Positions 37,154 through 48,564 are shown, counted from the whole stretch's first letter. The stretch: 63,080 nt of DNA, filler included, from Cercozoa sp. M6MM (GCA_040357565.1; 10 parts of 10 records of this genome joined end to end with filler, not necessarily neighbours in it), one strand, 5' to 3'. The notes: a model not told the origin generated them from the letters alone. Program-made: numbers and translations.

Positions 37154-38655
37154 TTAGTATCCCGTCGCGTAGCCGGTGTCGTAGCCCGTACCGTAGCCGG
37201 TAGCATATCCACCATAGCCGGCCTGAGCACCGTAGGCGCCACCGTAGGCACCACCGCCATACGCACCGCCACCACAGCTGTCGTCACCGCAGTTGCCAAA
37301 CTTGCCGGCGATCTTGTCGAGGAGCTTGTAGCCGGCGTAGAACGGGGCCATCGCGACGGCACCCACCGCGGCAAGCGGCAGCAGCGGAGCCACGAAGATC
37401 CACTTGCCGGCCTTCCACATCCAGCGTCCTCCCTTGTCTGCACAGACATTCAATATTGATACTAAACCATTAGGATGCTACGGAAAGCGAAGACACAGTC
37501 GCAGGTTTCGCGCTCGTAGTGGCCGTAGAAGTTGGGCGTCTCGTAGTACGCCTCTGATGAGCTGCCGTAGCCGTAGGACGACGATGGGTAGTAGCCGTCA
37601 CTCGACTCTACCAGGAATGAGGTATCGATAGTGTTACAGGTGTGGCTTTGCACTAAATGAGTGTCCTCCCCCCGTGTACCGTAGTAGCCCTCCGACGACG
37701 AAGGGTAGTAGCCGTCACTCGAGCCTACACAGGCACATTTGATGTGAATTTCTTTTGCGCGTGACCGCGTTAATCTTAAACTTACTGTAGGGGCCGTACG
37801 ACGACGACGGGTAGTAACTTCCGTACGACGACGACGGGTAGTAACTTCCGTACGACGACGACGGGTACCGATCGTACGACGAGTAGCGGTTGTAGCGGTC
37901 GTAGCGATCGTACCGACCATGTCCGTAGCCACCGCCGTAGCCGTAGTCTAGTCGAGCACTCTTTTCTCTCTCCTCTCTCCCCTTGATTTGAAAGAGATGG
38001 AGTACCGCTGCTCGAGTAGCCGTACTTGCCACCGTGACCGTAGCCGTAACCACCGCCGTAGCCGTAGTCTGCGCAGACGCGTACGGCACTCGTAATATAT
38101 GCAGTACCGTGAAAAAGAAATAGAATAAACTGAAACCTCAAAAAACTGTAACTCTGGATTAAAGAAGCGAAGAAACTAAATGTACCGCTGCTAGAGTAGC
38201 CGTACTTGCCGCCGTGACCGTAGCCACCACCGTACACCCTGCGTTTTGTGCAAGTAAATTGAGCAAGGTCAGGGCCCTTCAGTTGCCCTCACTGCAGTTT
38301 AAACTGACAGTGAAACTGAAATTGAAATTACTCACACCCAAGGGCCAACCAGGCACCGTGACCGTAATTTTATATTATCGATACCCCTTGCCGTAACCTC
38401 CATGGCCACCATAGCCTCCATACGACGACGAGCTGTAGCCGTATCGGCCGTGTCCGTACCCGTAGCCGCCGTAGCCGCCGTATCCACCATAGCCGCCGTA
38501 GCCGCCGCGAGGCGCGATTTGAGCATCGTTGGTAACGTTTACGTTCGTCGCCGTGGCTGCAATTTCGAGCATGCTGGGAAACTGCAGTGCTTTACAAATC
38601 AACACAAAGCTGTACCGGCGACTGATCCGATGAGAGCGAGCGTGGCCAACTGCAT
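37154..38655 (-). CDS. Secreted Gly/Tyr/Ser-rich repetitive structural protein (wall/cyst/adhesive-like)
   Basis: Signal-like MQLATLALIGSVA(A); exons with GGYGGYG, YGGGYGHGGKYGYSSS (x2), YYPSSSYG repeats; hydrophobic WIFVAPLLPLAAVGAVAMAPF near the C-terminus. Confidence 0.8.
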
Positions 38656-39481
38656 CCTAGTATCGCCTTGGTTTTCACTGCAAATTCAAAGCCACAACAA
38701 AATTGGGTGCTTTGGACAAAAAATTGGAATCATCAACTGGACAAAAAGACCGTACGAAGTGTGTCACAATCGTGCAAGGAAAGTGGTCTATGCTGTTTGG
38801 AAAACAACAAAAAAGCAGTGTTGGGTGGCAGCAGCTGAGCGAACGAATTTGTTGCCGCCGCATCCGAACGCCAGACCTGTGCGTGGCGTGCCTTCGGCGT
38901 GTCGCTTGGGGTGCACTCGACAGCGACCCTTTTGGTGCCATAATGTAGCGACGCTCACCGTCGGCGTACAATACCAGCGCGATATTCGCACTACGGCTTG
39001 GATCGCATTCCAGACGTCCTACAGTCTAGTCCCCGGGATGCAGGGGGAACTACATGCAACGCATGTACATCATGGTACGTAGATAGTTCAGTTGGTTATC
39101 AGACTCAACTAACTAACTCGGTTTTAAACTACCCGACCATACAGCGCACGATATATCGTATACCGTACGGGAACTGAAACTTGGCGATTATTTGCAGTGA
39201 GTCGGCACGAGAAGTTCTGCCATCAAAAGGGCTCGTAGGACGTGTGCTTGTTGATGTCGCGACAGCGTCTCTCCGCGAGGATGACGAAGTTGCTCAGCGC
39301 GGAAGCTTTGGCCTACACAAAAATGAGACTAATACAATGCAGCACGACGTATGTCCATACGTGTCAGCGTACCCGAAAGTGCGAGTTTGAGTGCAGGCAA
39401 GAACAGGCCCTGCATCGTAAACGCCGGCGCCGCTTGCCTCCTATCGAAACACGTCACCAAGGCGGCGAGGTACACACACAT

Positions 39482-39514
<33 letters not shown>

Positions 39515-39620
39515 CACACANNNNNNNNNNNNNNNNNNNNNNNNNNNNNNNNNNNNNNNNNNNNTTAATTAATTAANNNNNNNNNNNNNNNNNNNNNNNN
39601 NNNNNNNNNNNNNNNNNNNN

Positions 39621-41208
39621 TTACTGACTTACATAACCCCCTCTGACCCCCCTAGATATACCGAGACAGGTGGCGAGTTGGCGGTTGAGATTGAGCGCCA
39701 GTTGACGCTGCTGCTGCTGCCGCAGGTCCACGACACTTTCGCCTATGGGGGGAGGGGGGGTAAGAAGGAGGGTAAGAGGGGTAAGAAGGGGGTAAGAAGG
39801 GGGGTAAGAAGAGGGGGTAGAGATACCCAGCAGCACCTGTCGCACACACACTGCCGCCGGTCGCGACGCATCCAACAGACGCCGCAACTCGGCCACGCCT
39901 GCAGGGGAGGGGGATATGTATGTTTAATGGTGTCGTCAGCACGATGCCAGTGGTCTGGCCTTGGCGTCGCAGATGTGCCGGCTTCGCTGGCCGCGTGATG
40001 AGCGTACGTTTACCTCCTTTTACCCTCACTCCTTTACCTTTTACCCCTCTTTNNNNNNNNNNNNNNNNNNNNNNNNNNNNNNNNNNNNNNNNNNNNNNNN
40101 NNNNNNNNNNNNNNNNNNNNNNNNNNNNNNNNNNNNNNNNNNNNNNNNNNNNAAAGAGGGGTAAAAGGTAAAGGAGTGAGGGTAAAAGGAGGTAAACGTA
40201 CGCTCATCACGCGGCCAGCGAAGCCGGCACATCTGCGACGCCAAGGCCAGACCACTGGCATCGTGCTGACGACACCATTAAACATACATATCCCCCTCCC
40301 CTGTATATTGTAGTAAGGCCGCCTACATCCACTCCATCGTCAACAGCCTCTTCGTCGTCGTCCAGAGAGCTCAAGGCGCCACTTGCTACTTGTCCAAAAC
40401 ACGCATACAATACAAAAAGCGACTCGAGCAAAAAATCCAAAAGCTGTCAAAAAATGCCAAGCTTTCAAAAATATCAAAGCTGCCAAAAGGGGAACACCAA
40501 CTTCAAACGCTTTCAAAGCTAAAAGCCCGTTCAAAAACTCGAAAAAGTGTTCGAAAACAACCTCGAGCTTTGAAAAATGCGAAAAAACCTAAAAATAACA
40601 GCGCGCGGTAGGTGGAATCGAACCACTGCGCATATTGCAGCGCCTACGGATTTGAAGTCCGCACTCAAGGCCACTTAAGCTCAACCACGCACTCCACCCA
40701 CAGAGATCAAACGAGTTTGTTTGCCAGATCGCATTTGCAACAATATTCGAGGTCATGGGTCAACCGAATTTGGAAGAACTAGCACACTGGTACCTCTGAC
40801 AGTTAGTGCTGCATCCACAGCCTCCAGGAGTGCAGTGTCATCGCTTGGCGCTCCATCATCGGGCGCAGCACTGAAAAAACCAAAAAACCAAAACCCTTAA
40901 AATGACAAAAACTGGGGGGAAAAACTGAACTGACTGAAAGGGCTTATCTACCACAGCAGCAGCGTCTGAAGTGTGTCACGAGTGACAGGTGCATTCGCAG
41001 CAACCGTAGCAGCCGCGTCGGCCCGTCCGAGCAGCTGGAGTGCCTCGGCACGCCACTCGAGCGGCGGCGATGCACTCGCCAGCGCGAGCTGCGAATAGCC
41101 AGGGGTAGGGGGTGGGGATAGGGGTAAAGGGGGAAGGTGGGGGGTGAGTTTACCGTCTCCAGCAGCGGCAAGCGCAGTCCTTCCGGCAGTCCACGCACCT
41201 ATATGTAA

Positions 41209-41243
<35 letters not shown>

Positions 41244-41585
41244 TATAAATATATATATATATATATATATCAGAGATAGGAAAAAGATTCAGTGCACCTG
41301 CTGGATGGTCCAACCTTCCAACAGCAGCGCCATCACCAGCAACTCTGCCTGTAGACACTCCTTTACCTCTTTACACTTACCCCCCCCCCCTCCCCCATAA
41401 AATCACAAAGATGTCTACGGTGCTGCTGGCTCGGTCCTGCGACACACTGTGCACACTACCACAGGGGGGGTAAAATGGAAAGAGAAAGGGTAAGGGGGTA
41501 GGGGGTAATATACCTGGGAACAGAGTAGGCCGACACGTTTAGTGCTTCAGTCGACGCGCTGATCTCTTCGTCCTCCTCGATCTGA
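39621..41585 (-). CDS. Hypothetical alpha-helical protein, internal fragment; host gene of the tRNA-Sec
   Basis: In-frame GT-AG exon chain: ALVMALLLEGWTIQQ|VRGLPEGLRLPLLET|LALAS...LLLW|AAPDDGAPSDDTALLEAVDAALTVR|ASGALSSLDDDEEAVDDGVD|HDASGLALASQMCRLRWPRDE...GVAELRRLLDAS... Confidence 0.6.
40602..40690 (-). tRNA. tRNA-Sec (anticodon UCA), eukaryotic 9/4 fold
   Basis: rc sequence GCGTGGTTG AG CTTAAG TGGC CTTGAG TGCGGA CTTCAAA TCCGTA G GCGCTGCAATATGCGC A GTGG TTCGATT CCAC CTACCGCGC G. It shows a 9-bp acceptor stem with the U.U pair at position 8, a 6-bp D-stem with a 4-nt loop, a 6-bp anticodon stem, a long variable arm, a 4-bp T-stem and a G discriminator. T-runs follow immediately. Confidence 0.95.
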
Positions 41586-41718
41586 CCCAGGGGGGTAAGG
41601 GAGTAAAGAGGGGGGGGGNNNNNNNNNNNNNNNNNNNNNNNNNNNNNNNNNNNNNNNNNNNNTTAATTAATTAANNNNNNNNNNNNNNNNNNNNNNNNNN
41701 NNNNNNNNNNNNNNNNNN

Positions 41719-41800
<82 letters not shown>

Positions 41801-42453
41801 CGCAAAGGCGTCAGGGGACAGAGGGCATCAGAGATCAGTGCTTGTGGATTGTGTATCGGGCTTACAGTAATAACTCAGGCCATCTTCGCTGTGGAGCATC
41901 CATCAATGTAGTTAGGGGATGAGGGAGAGGGGAAGGATATTCTTACGTCTGTAGCGCCTGCCAAACTGACTCTCCCTCGGCCGCGTCGAGGTTTTTCACC
42001 TCTTGCAGCCACGACATGCCTGAGATGTAGACCAAACTCACATGCACACATACACACGTTTTCTTGAAAACGCAGGCAGACAGACGCTTTGCAGCAACAA
42101 GCCGAAGCCGAAGCAAGGGTAAAGGGCTTGCTTGTGCTCGGAAAGCAACAACACAAAGCGAACTGATCTACCTTTTAAGCTACGTCACGTTTCACAAAAA
42201 CACAGGCACACACTGCAGCACACGCTAAGACTACTATACAGTACAGTAAAAAAGCAGCCAGGAAATCCACACGAATGTGACCACTGACGGTGATTACAAC
42301 TTATGTTAGTGACAATCATTGTTATTCTGGAGTCTGGAGGAGTTCCAGACTCCCAGCCAGGGACTGGTCCTGTCGATCCACGATGTTTGGCAAATGTATT
42401 GCACGTACCCGGAAGGCCGCTCGACTTAAGTCGTTTTTTTTTACAATTGTACT

Positions 42454-42479
42454 ATTGTTGCTGCTGCTGTTGCTGCTGC

Positions 42480-42511
<32 letters not shown>

Positions 42512-42529
42512 TTGTTGCTACTGCTGTTA
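42454..42529. repeat. (CTG/TTG)n trinucleotide repeat
   Basis: Visible tandem array. Confidence 0.85.
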
Positions 42530-43029
42530 CCATTCGAGGCTGGACAAAGTCCTCTTGCGCTGAAGATATGTTGTCTCAGCCCGAAGCGCCACCAGTGAAT
42601 TATTTCGATTCTGGTGTAAAATTCTATCGTTCAGCGTATCTGGCATTTCGCGGCGGGCTAATAAATCTATCATCATTTGCTCGCCTATTTTTGTCACTGC
42701 TTGTTTAGCTCGAGTCGGAGCCGCAACACTGCATCATTGGAGAAAATTGACGATGTGCGCCGGCGCGGCTGGCGCTGCCTGCGTTTGTGCCGCTGCCAAG
42801 AAAGCTGGCCGCTCCTTCGAGCGTCGTCTGTTCCAACCGCCCTTTGCGTCGATACAAAGTCAGAGCGCAGTGGAGATAAAGTATGTGCGCGGTCAGCCGA
42901 AAATGATCCATTTTGCTTCCAAAACAGGTATGGTTGTCACCGATGTTTGTCAGTGAAAACAAGATAGCCGCCAATTTCACGAAGCGAAGGAATCAAATGA
43001 TTCAGTCCGAAGCGAAGCGAAGTGAAGAA

Positions 43030-43870
43030 TTACCCAACTGGGTTCTTACGTCAAACTAGACGGAAGAAAACCCCTTCTCTCCAGCAGCCAATGCTGACGT
43101 GTAGAGGTGGATATCAGTATAGACGCAACTCCAGCTGACAGTAGACGAGGTTTTCTGTTGCCAACTGGCAGACTCAATCTACAGGTCAGGCTTTCAAAAA
43201 GGTGCAGTTGCGGTCTATAGGTAGCAGTACCACAGAGCCACTACCCTAAGCGGCGGTAGACACGGCCATGCTCTTGTGACCCACCCCAGACTGGTGCAGG
43301 AGAACTACATAGTTGGTTTCCTAGAAGACTCAACTGACTAACTACCACAGAGCCACAAACTCTTAAATCTTCTCTTGCTTCATGGTGGTAGACCAACTGG
43401 TCTGCCTAAGTTCATCCCCGCGAAGTCAATCTGAAACATGATGGCCAAAGAGCTGTAGGATTGAGCCCGTTCAGGATGCAAGGGCGCACGAGGCGACCCA
43501 TTTGGCTTGGGAGTCGTTGTTCCCGAATGAGCTGATGCAATAACCCTAGAAAACCATTCTCCTCAATAGGAGCAAACGAGGTGCAGCTAAACATAACTGT
43601 TTCAATACGTTGTTGAGCTCGACAAAATTAATCTGCCGGGAAAGACCCCAGCATAAAGGAAACCTTCCAGCTGGTAAGACAAAGGAAACCCTCGCAGCAG
43701 GATTTTCGACAGTTTTTTGGGTTGCTTCCGTGTGGTTACAGCAGCTGACGTTGTGCACATGCCAGCTGCTAACTATGTTACGGCATAGCGTTTCTCAAGT
43801 TGTCACCTGACTACTCGTCAGCGCGGACGATCAAATCTGAACCGGTGTGGGTAGCAGTGGAGGATTATTT
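43030..43870 (-). mobile_element. Degenerate Ty3/gypsy element: LTR 3' end (43776-43870) followed by internal integrase relics
   Basis: 43776 onward is the reverse complement of the LTR end (...GAGAAACGCTATGCCGTAACA). The minus strand at ~43410-43470 gives PTALWPS/MFQIDFAG, resembling the integrase W..xHIDFAGP motif. The left boundary is approximate. Confidence 0.7.
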
Positions 43871-43971
43871 TTGAAGTGTTGTGCACTAAATTGATACAGA
43901 CAGCACTTGCGCCGTTTCCCAGCAAACGGTAACACTAGAGATCCACGAGTCTACCGAGACCGCGGCGAAAA

Positions 43972-45119
43972 TTAGAGGGCAAAGGAGAGGCAGATGCCGA
44001 GCTCGTTGGTCTCGTCGTTCAGCTTCTTAGACACATCAACCGTACAAGCGTCCGAAAGCTTCTGCTTGAGCGCCACGCAGGCGACACCAGTGTCGGTCAC
44101 CTGCGCCGAGAAAGTCTGGTTGCCGGTAGGCTTGTACACGCCGGCGAACGTGAAGCGCGGGGCCACAGTGCGGAGCGAGCTTCCGACCGTCAAGCCCACC
44201 GTGAGCTTGTCCGATTGCTTGAACGAAGCCTGCGCCGTGAGCTTGTCGAGCTTGTCAGTACTGCGACAACCATGACCACGAGTACAACATACACAGTCGA
44301 GCACAATACACAGCGGAGGGGCCAGCCTACGCGAGGAGCGAGAACTGGAACTTGCCGCGCTTCGAGAAGGCACCCAGGTCGTAGCCAGCGAGGCCAGAGT
44401 CCTTGAGCACCAACTTGGCGCCGGCGGCAAGCTCGTCGCTGCCGCCCGAGACAGTGCACTCGCCCGACATCTTGCCTGCAAAGTCGAGATCAACGGCGGC
44501 GGTGAAGGCGGCCGACGCAAGCTTCTTCTTGGTGGCGAGCTTGACGCCGCCGTTCTTGTGCGGACGCACCGTCACCGTGACCGGGGCGAACTTCTGAAAG
44601 TCCTTCTTGAACTCCACGGCCGTGGCGCCGCTCTTCTGTGCAACCACACGTGCATTGCATTTGACCTGCACAGAACGCTTAACCAGAATTTGGCTAGGAA
44701 AGGCACCTGCAGCGACAGCGAGGTCGACAGCTGCGACAGCTGCAGCGACACCTTAGACGACACGGTCGGCTGCGGCGTCAGCTTGGCCGTCAACTCGCAG
44801 GCGACATCCTGGTCCTTGGCCGCGACCTGTCACACACACATACACAAACATGCACACAAACACACAAACACACACAAACACACACACGTCCACCCAAGCC
44901 TCTCCCCTTGCACATGACGGAGACAGAGCAGAGTTTACCTTGACGACGGTGTCCTGGCTGCACTTGCACTTAGGCTGCGACTTGGCAAAGTCCGAGAAGA
45001 AAAGACTGCCAGACACGAACAAAAAAAACGTCGGGATAGCATCAACGCATTAAAAACCCAGCCCGAAAGAAACCGCATTTTCTAAACCCAACACGAGGCA
45101 AACGGATTAGTTACGGCAT
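43972..45119 (-). CDS. VDAC: Mitochondrial porin (VDAC), divergent
   Basis: Spliced MP|LFFSDFAK start (cf. PPxFSDIGK); alternating beta-strand pattern; ends FAGVYKPTGNQTFSAQVTDTGVACVALKQKL...ELGICLSFAL. Confidence 0.82.
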
Positions 45120-45481
45120 CGTGGAAGCTAAAGGCTTGAGTAGAAAGCTACTGTGCGTGTGCGAGTTAGGGGAGCTCTCGAACGAAATTTTTGGCATCCG
45201 GCTCGGTGCACGGACTCATTGAGCCGGACTGGCGTCGCGAGCGAGCCGATACAGCCAAAAATTCAAAAAATCTGCCTCGAACTTTTGAGGAAGGTACGTA
45301 CCCCCTCCAGCTGATGTGAGCGTCTTCGATTGCGTGAAATTAGCAGTCGGCTGTGTTGGCCTTTTCTGTGCTTTTTTTCGCTTTTCTTGTTGTTTTGTTT
45401 TGAGAGCGGATTTGTGAGACCCATGAACCAGTGGTTTAGCTTAACGATTTTACATTGGTGCAGACTTTCGGCAGACGAAAA

Positions 45482-46125
45482 ATGGAAACTCAGACGCAGC
45501 GCGCTTTCCAGGTGCGTGTGGCTCCGCCCTAGCTCCCTCAGCCAACCAATAAACTCGCGCGTGTGTGTGTGACACAGAAGGTTGGTCCGGTCAACTCGGT
45601 CGCCAACGGCAAGAAGGCCGGCAAGCGATACGTCAAGTCGGTTGGCCTTGGTTTCAAGGTGCCGCGTGAGGCCGTTGAGGGCACGTACATTGACAAGAAG
45701 TGCCCGTTCACGGGCAACGTCAGCATCCGTGGCCGTATCCTGTCGGGTAAGGTGCAGTCGCTCAAGATGGACCGCACCGTGATCCTGCGCCGTGACTACC
45801 TGCACTACGTCACCAAGTACAACCGTTACGGTGCGTTCGACTGCTTTGTTGCGGTGTGTCTGTGGAATGTGGATGTCCACAGAGAAGCGCCACAAGAACC
45901 TGCCGGCCCACTGCTCGCCGTGCTTCCGCCTCAACGAGGGTGATGTCGTGACTGTGTGAGTTCAGCTCTTAAATGTGCGTGCGTTGGTCGCGATGGGTGA
46001 TGGGTGGGGTTTTGTGCAGCGGCCAGTGCCGCCCGCTGTCGAAGACGGTGCGCTTCAACGTGCTTCGTGTCGACCGTCGCGCCGGTGCTTCGCAGGGTGG
46101 CGTGAAGGTTGTCGGTTCGCTCTAA
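45482..46125 (+). CDS. RPS11: 40S ribosomal protein S11 (uS17), 4 coding exons
   Basis: [10 protein letters not shown]|K...[39 protein letters not shown]...[14 protein letters not shown]|[15 protein letters not shown]...[15 protein letters not shown]. Confidence 0.98.
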
Positions 46126-46672
46126 TTCCGAACAGGGTGTCGTTTTTCGTCAGTCTAACCTCTCAAAATTCTCAAGAGTACACTAACCAGTCAGATTAAA
46201 TACCACAGACTCCTCGTCTCAGATAGCTAGCAGTAATGCCAACTGGGTGGTACAGGCTTGTATGACTGTTGCGTCGACTTTGAGAGCGACCCGAACTACT
46301 GCTGTTCGCTTAATCTGTGGCCTCTAACGGGCCGACTTTTCAGATTCGCTAAACTCTGTCTCGCACTGAGTTCAGTTGGTCAGCCACGAGCAAGAAGGGC
46401 TCAAACTTCATGCAGATCAGAATGATATATGTTGCTGGCGACCAATAGAAAACAAAACAAGGTTGACTGAAGAGTCAACCAATCTGAGAAAGCACTCTGG
46501 CAACTTCCAGTTTGCAGCAGGAGAGCTACTTAGCACTACAGGAAAACAACAAGTATTTATATCGGTCTTGACGCAATAATCGGCTCGATGCTATCGGCTC
46601 GCCCAGCTGCTGAGCCACGCTGCAAATGTTGCCTTCGCCGGTGGGCGTCGATTCCTATACAGTGCAGTGCAA

Positions 46673-47443
46673 ATGTAAGAAATGTCACAATACGCACCTT
46701 TTGGTTGAGCCTGGCTGATAGTTTTGTTTTCTTGGTGGCCAGCCAGATCATTTTCCAATTCTTCCGTGTCTGGGCAGGCTTTTTGCCAGAGCCGCCGTTG
46801 TGCGTTCTTCCCGTGTTCCCAGCGCGGCACGTGCGTTTTCGGCGACCGACCTCGGCGAAGGTAAAGTTTTAGTAAACCGAGATGCAGGCGAGATGCAGGC
46901 AGTTTGGATGACTCACCGACCCTGTTGGGTGTGCAGATGTGAAGAACACCGACTGGACGCAGGTGCGTACTGGCTACCGGTACGCCCACGTTCCGGAAGA
47001 CGTCGACGAAGCGCTTTTCTCGTACACACTCTATGTTAACTCGCATCGGCCTGCATGGCCTGCACTGCAATTCTCTCACTTTGGACTGCACTGCGTCGCA
47101 GCATCACGCCGGATCGCCTCGCGAAGTTGCAGCAGGAGCGAGGCTTCCCGTTTGATAAAACGTTCAAGGTATGTTAATCTTGGGGTCTCGTTGGGGCCGT
47201 TTGTGGGGTGTGCTGGCGCCGAGGTGACAGACTCGGCTCTTATCAATTGTGAAACCTTGTGTTTGTGTGCAGAATGAGGGCCAGGATTTTGACAGCTCGC
47301 TGCGCTTCGACCCGGAGGCCCAGGTCCTGCCGGAGCAGGAGGGTCCTCTGCGCACGCTCGGCTTGAAGCCGATCTTGCTCGGCACGCTCGCCGCGGCCGT
47401 GACCTACGAGGCGCTTCCTCATGGCGTAAGCTGCTCTGCGCGC

Positions 47444-47495
<52 letters not shown>

Positions 47496-48133
47496 CTCGC
47501 GTGCCATGTGATGTGCATTTGACTGTTTTAATTGCAGGACCCGACCTTCCTAGCGCAGACGGTTGTGATGCAGGGCTTTGTGTGGCCGATCATCTCGGTC
47601 GCAATGATGAGCTCGCACTACAACAATGTTGTCAAACCTAAGTTCGAGTCCGAGCGCGCGCTGTACGAGGAGCTGGTCGAGCTGCGCGATGCCATCAAGG
47701 GCAAGATCGACTACTGCAAGAACCTGCAGAAGATGACTGACGCGATGCGTAGCGTGTTCGACTACCGCCGCCACCTGCATGATGCCGTGTACGTCAAGTC
47801 ACTTTTTGACGAGAAGGCCAAGGCTCACAGCGACGCCGTCAAGCAGCTTGAGCGCGTCGCGTCGGCCGAGGCTTACGTGCGCGAGGGCATGGGTTCCATG
47901 GCACTGCGCTTCGTGGACGAGCACCTCGAGTCGTCTCTCGCTGATGAGCAGTTCGTGCTTGACTACGCCTCGTCGCTGCTGGAACGCGACTTTGACTGCT
48001 CGACACTCGACTCGGACACTGTGCTGCAGCAGGTCGACGCGGCCTTCGACTCCGAGCTGCCGGCCGCCATGTCCAAGATGGTCGATCAAGCGCTCCCGAC
48101 TGAGCTGCAGCGCGTCCTCGGCTTCGTAAGTTG

Positions 48134-48182
<49 letters not shown>

Positions 48183-48450
48183 GAGGGGGGGAGGGGTTAG
48201 CGGGGGTTTCTGTCCGCGTGTACACATCTCCTATGCCGTTTTGTGTCAATAGTCGAACGCCTCGACGTTCAAGGTAACCTTGTCTTTGCCTACCTCAGGC
48301 GCGTCGACTGTTTGTTTGCCTTTGTAGGAAACGGGTCTGTTTGGTGATTTGTCTGATGAGGAAGCCGCTCGTCTCACTGTCACCGACGAGGAGCGACTCG
48401 CACGTCTTGCGGAGACGCGCATCGCCGCTGCCGCCGCCAAGTACATGTAG
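46673..48450 (+). CDS. Mitochondrial ATP synthase peripheral-stalk subunit b (ATP4/ATP5PB-like), nucleus-encoded
   Basis: AT|intron|G start gives the presequence MLFARAAVVRSSRVPSAARAFS. Two hydrophobic segments are followed by a long helix ...AHSDAVKQLERVASAEAYVREGMGSMALRFVDEHLESSLADEQFVLDYASSLL, resembling the subunit b C-terminal helix. Confidence 0.65.
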
Positions 48451-48564
48451 AGTGGTGCTGGTGCTGGTGAATTGTGGGTGTCAAACGCTTTTTCTTACAC
48501 CAGCTTTTTATCGCTGTAAATTTGTGATTCTAAGTCACGTAAATCATAAATTAGCCTACTTGGC

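Noticed and set aside
39902-40303. Perfect 151-bp inverted repeat flanking a 100-N gap
   Set aside because: Only the right copy fits the minus-strand exon chain. The left copy joins at a cccctcccctg microhomology, typical of a fold-back amplification chimera or mis-scaffolding rather than a transposon or hairpin RNA.
40602-40690. UCA tRNA as evidence of UGA reassignment to Trp or general readthrough
   Set aside because: The fold is Sec-specific (9/4, 6-bp D-stem, long variable arm). TGA ends the VWA5A-like, MyTH4-SH3, NTMT1-like and CBAH genes at expected C-termini, and Trp is encoded by TGG.
42568-42967. Short ORFs ending ...DVCQ-TGA as a possible selenoprotein
   Set aside because: No recognisable selenoprotein family motif and no convincing SECIS element downstream.
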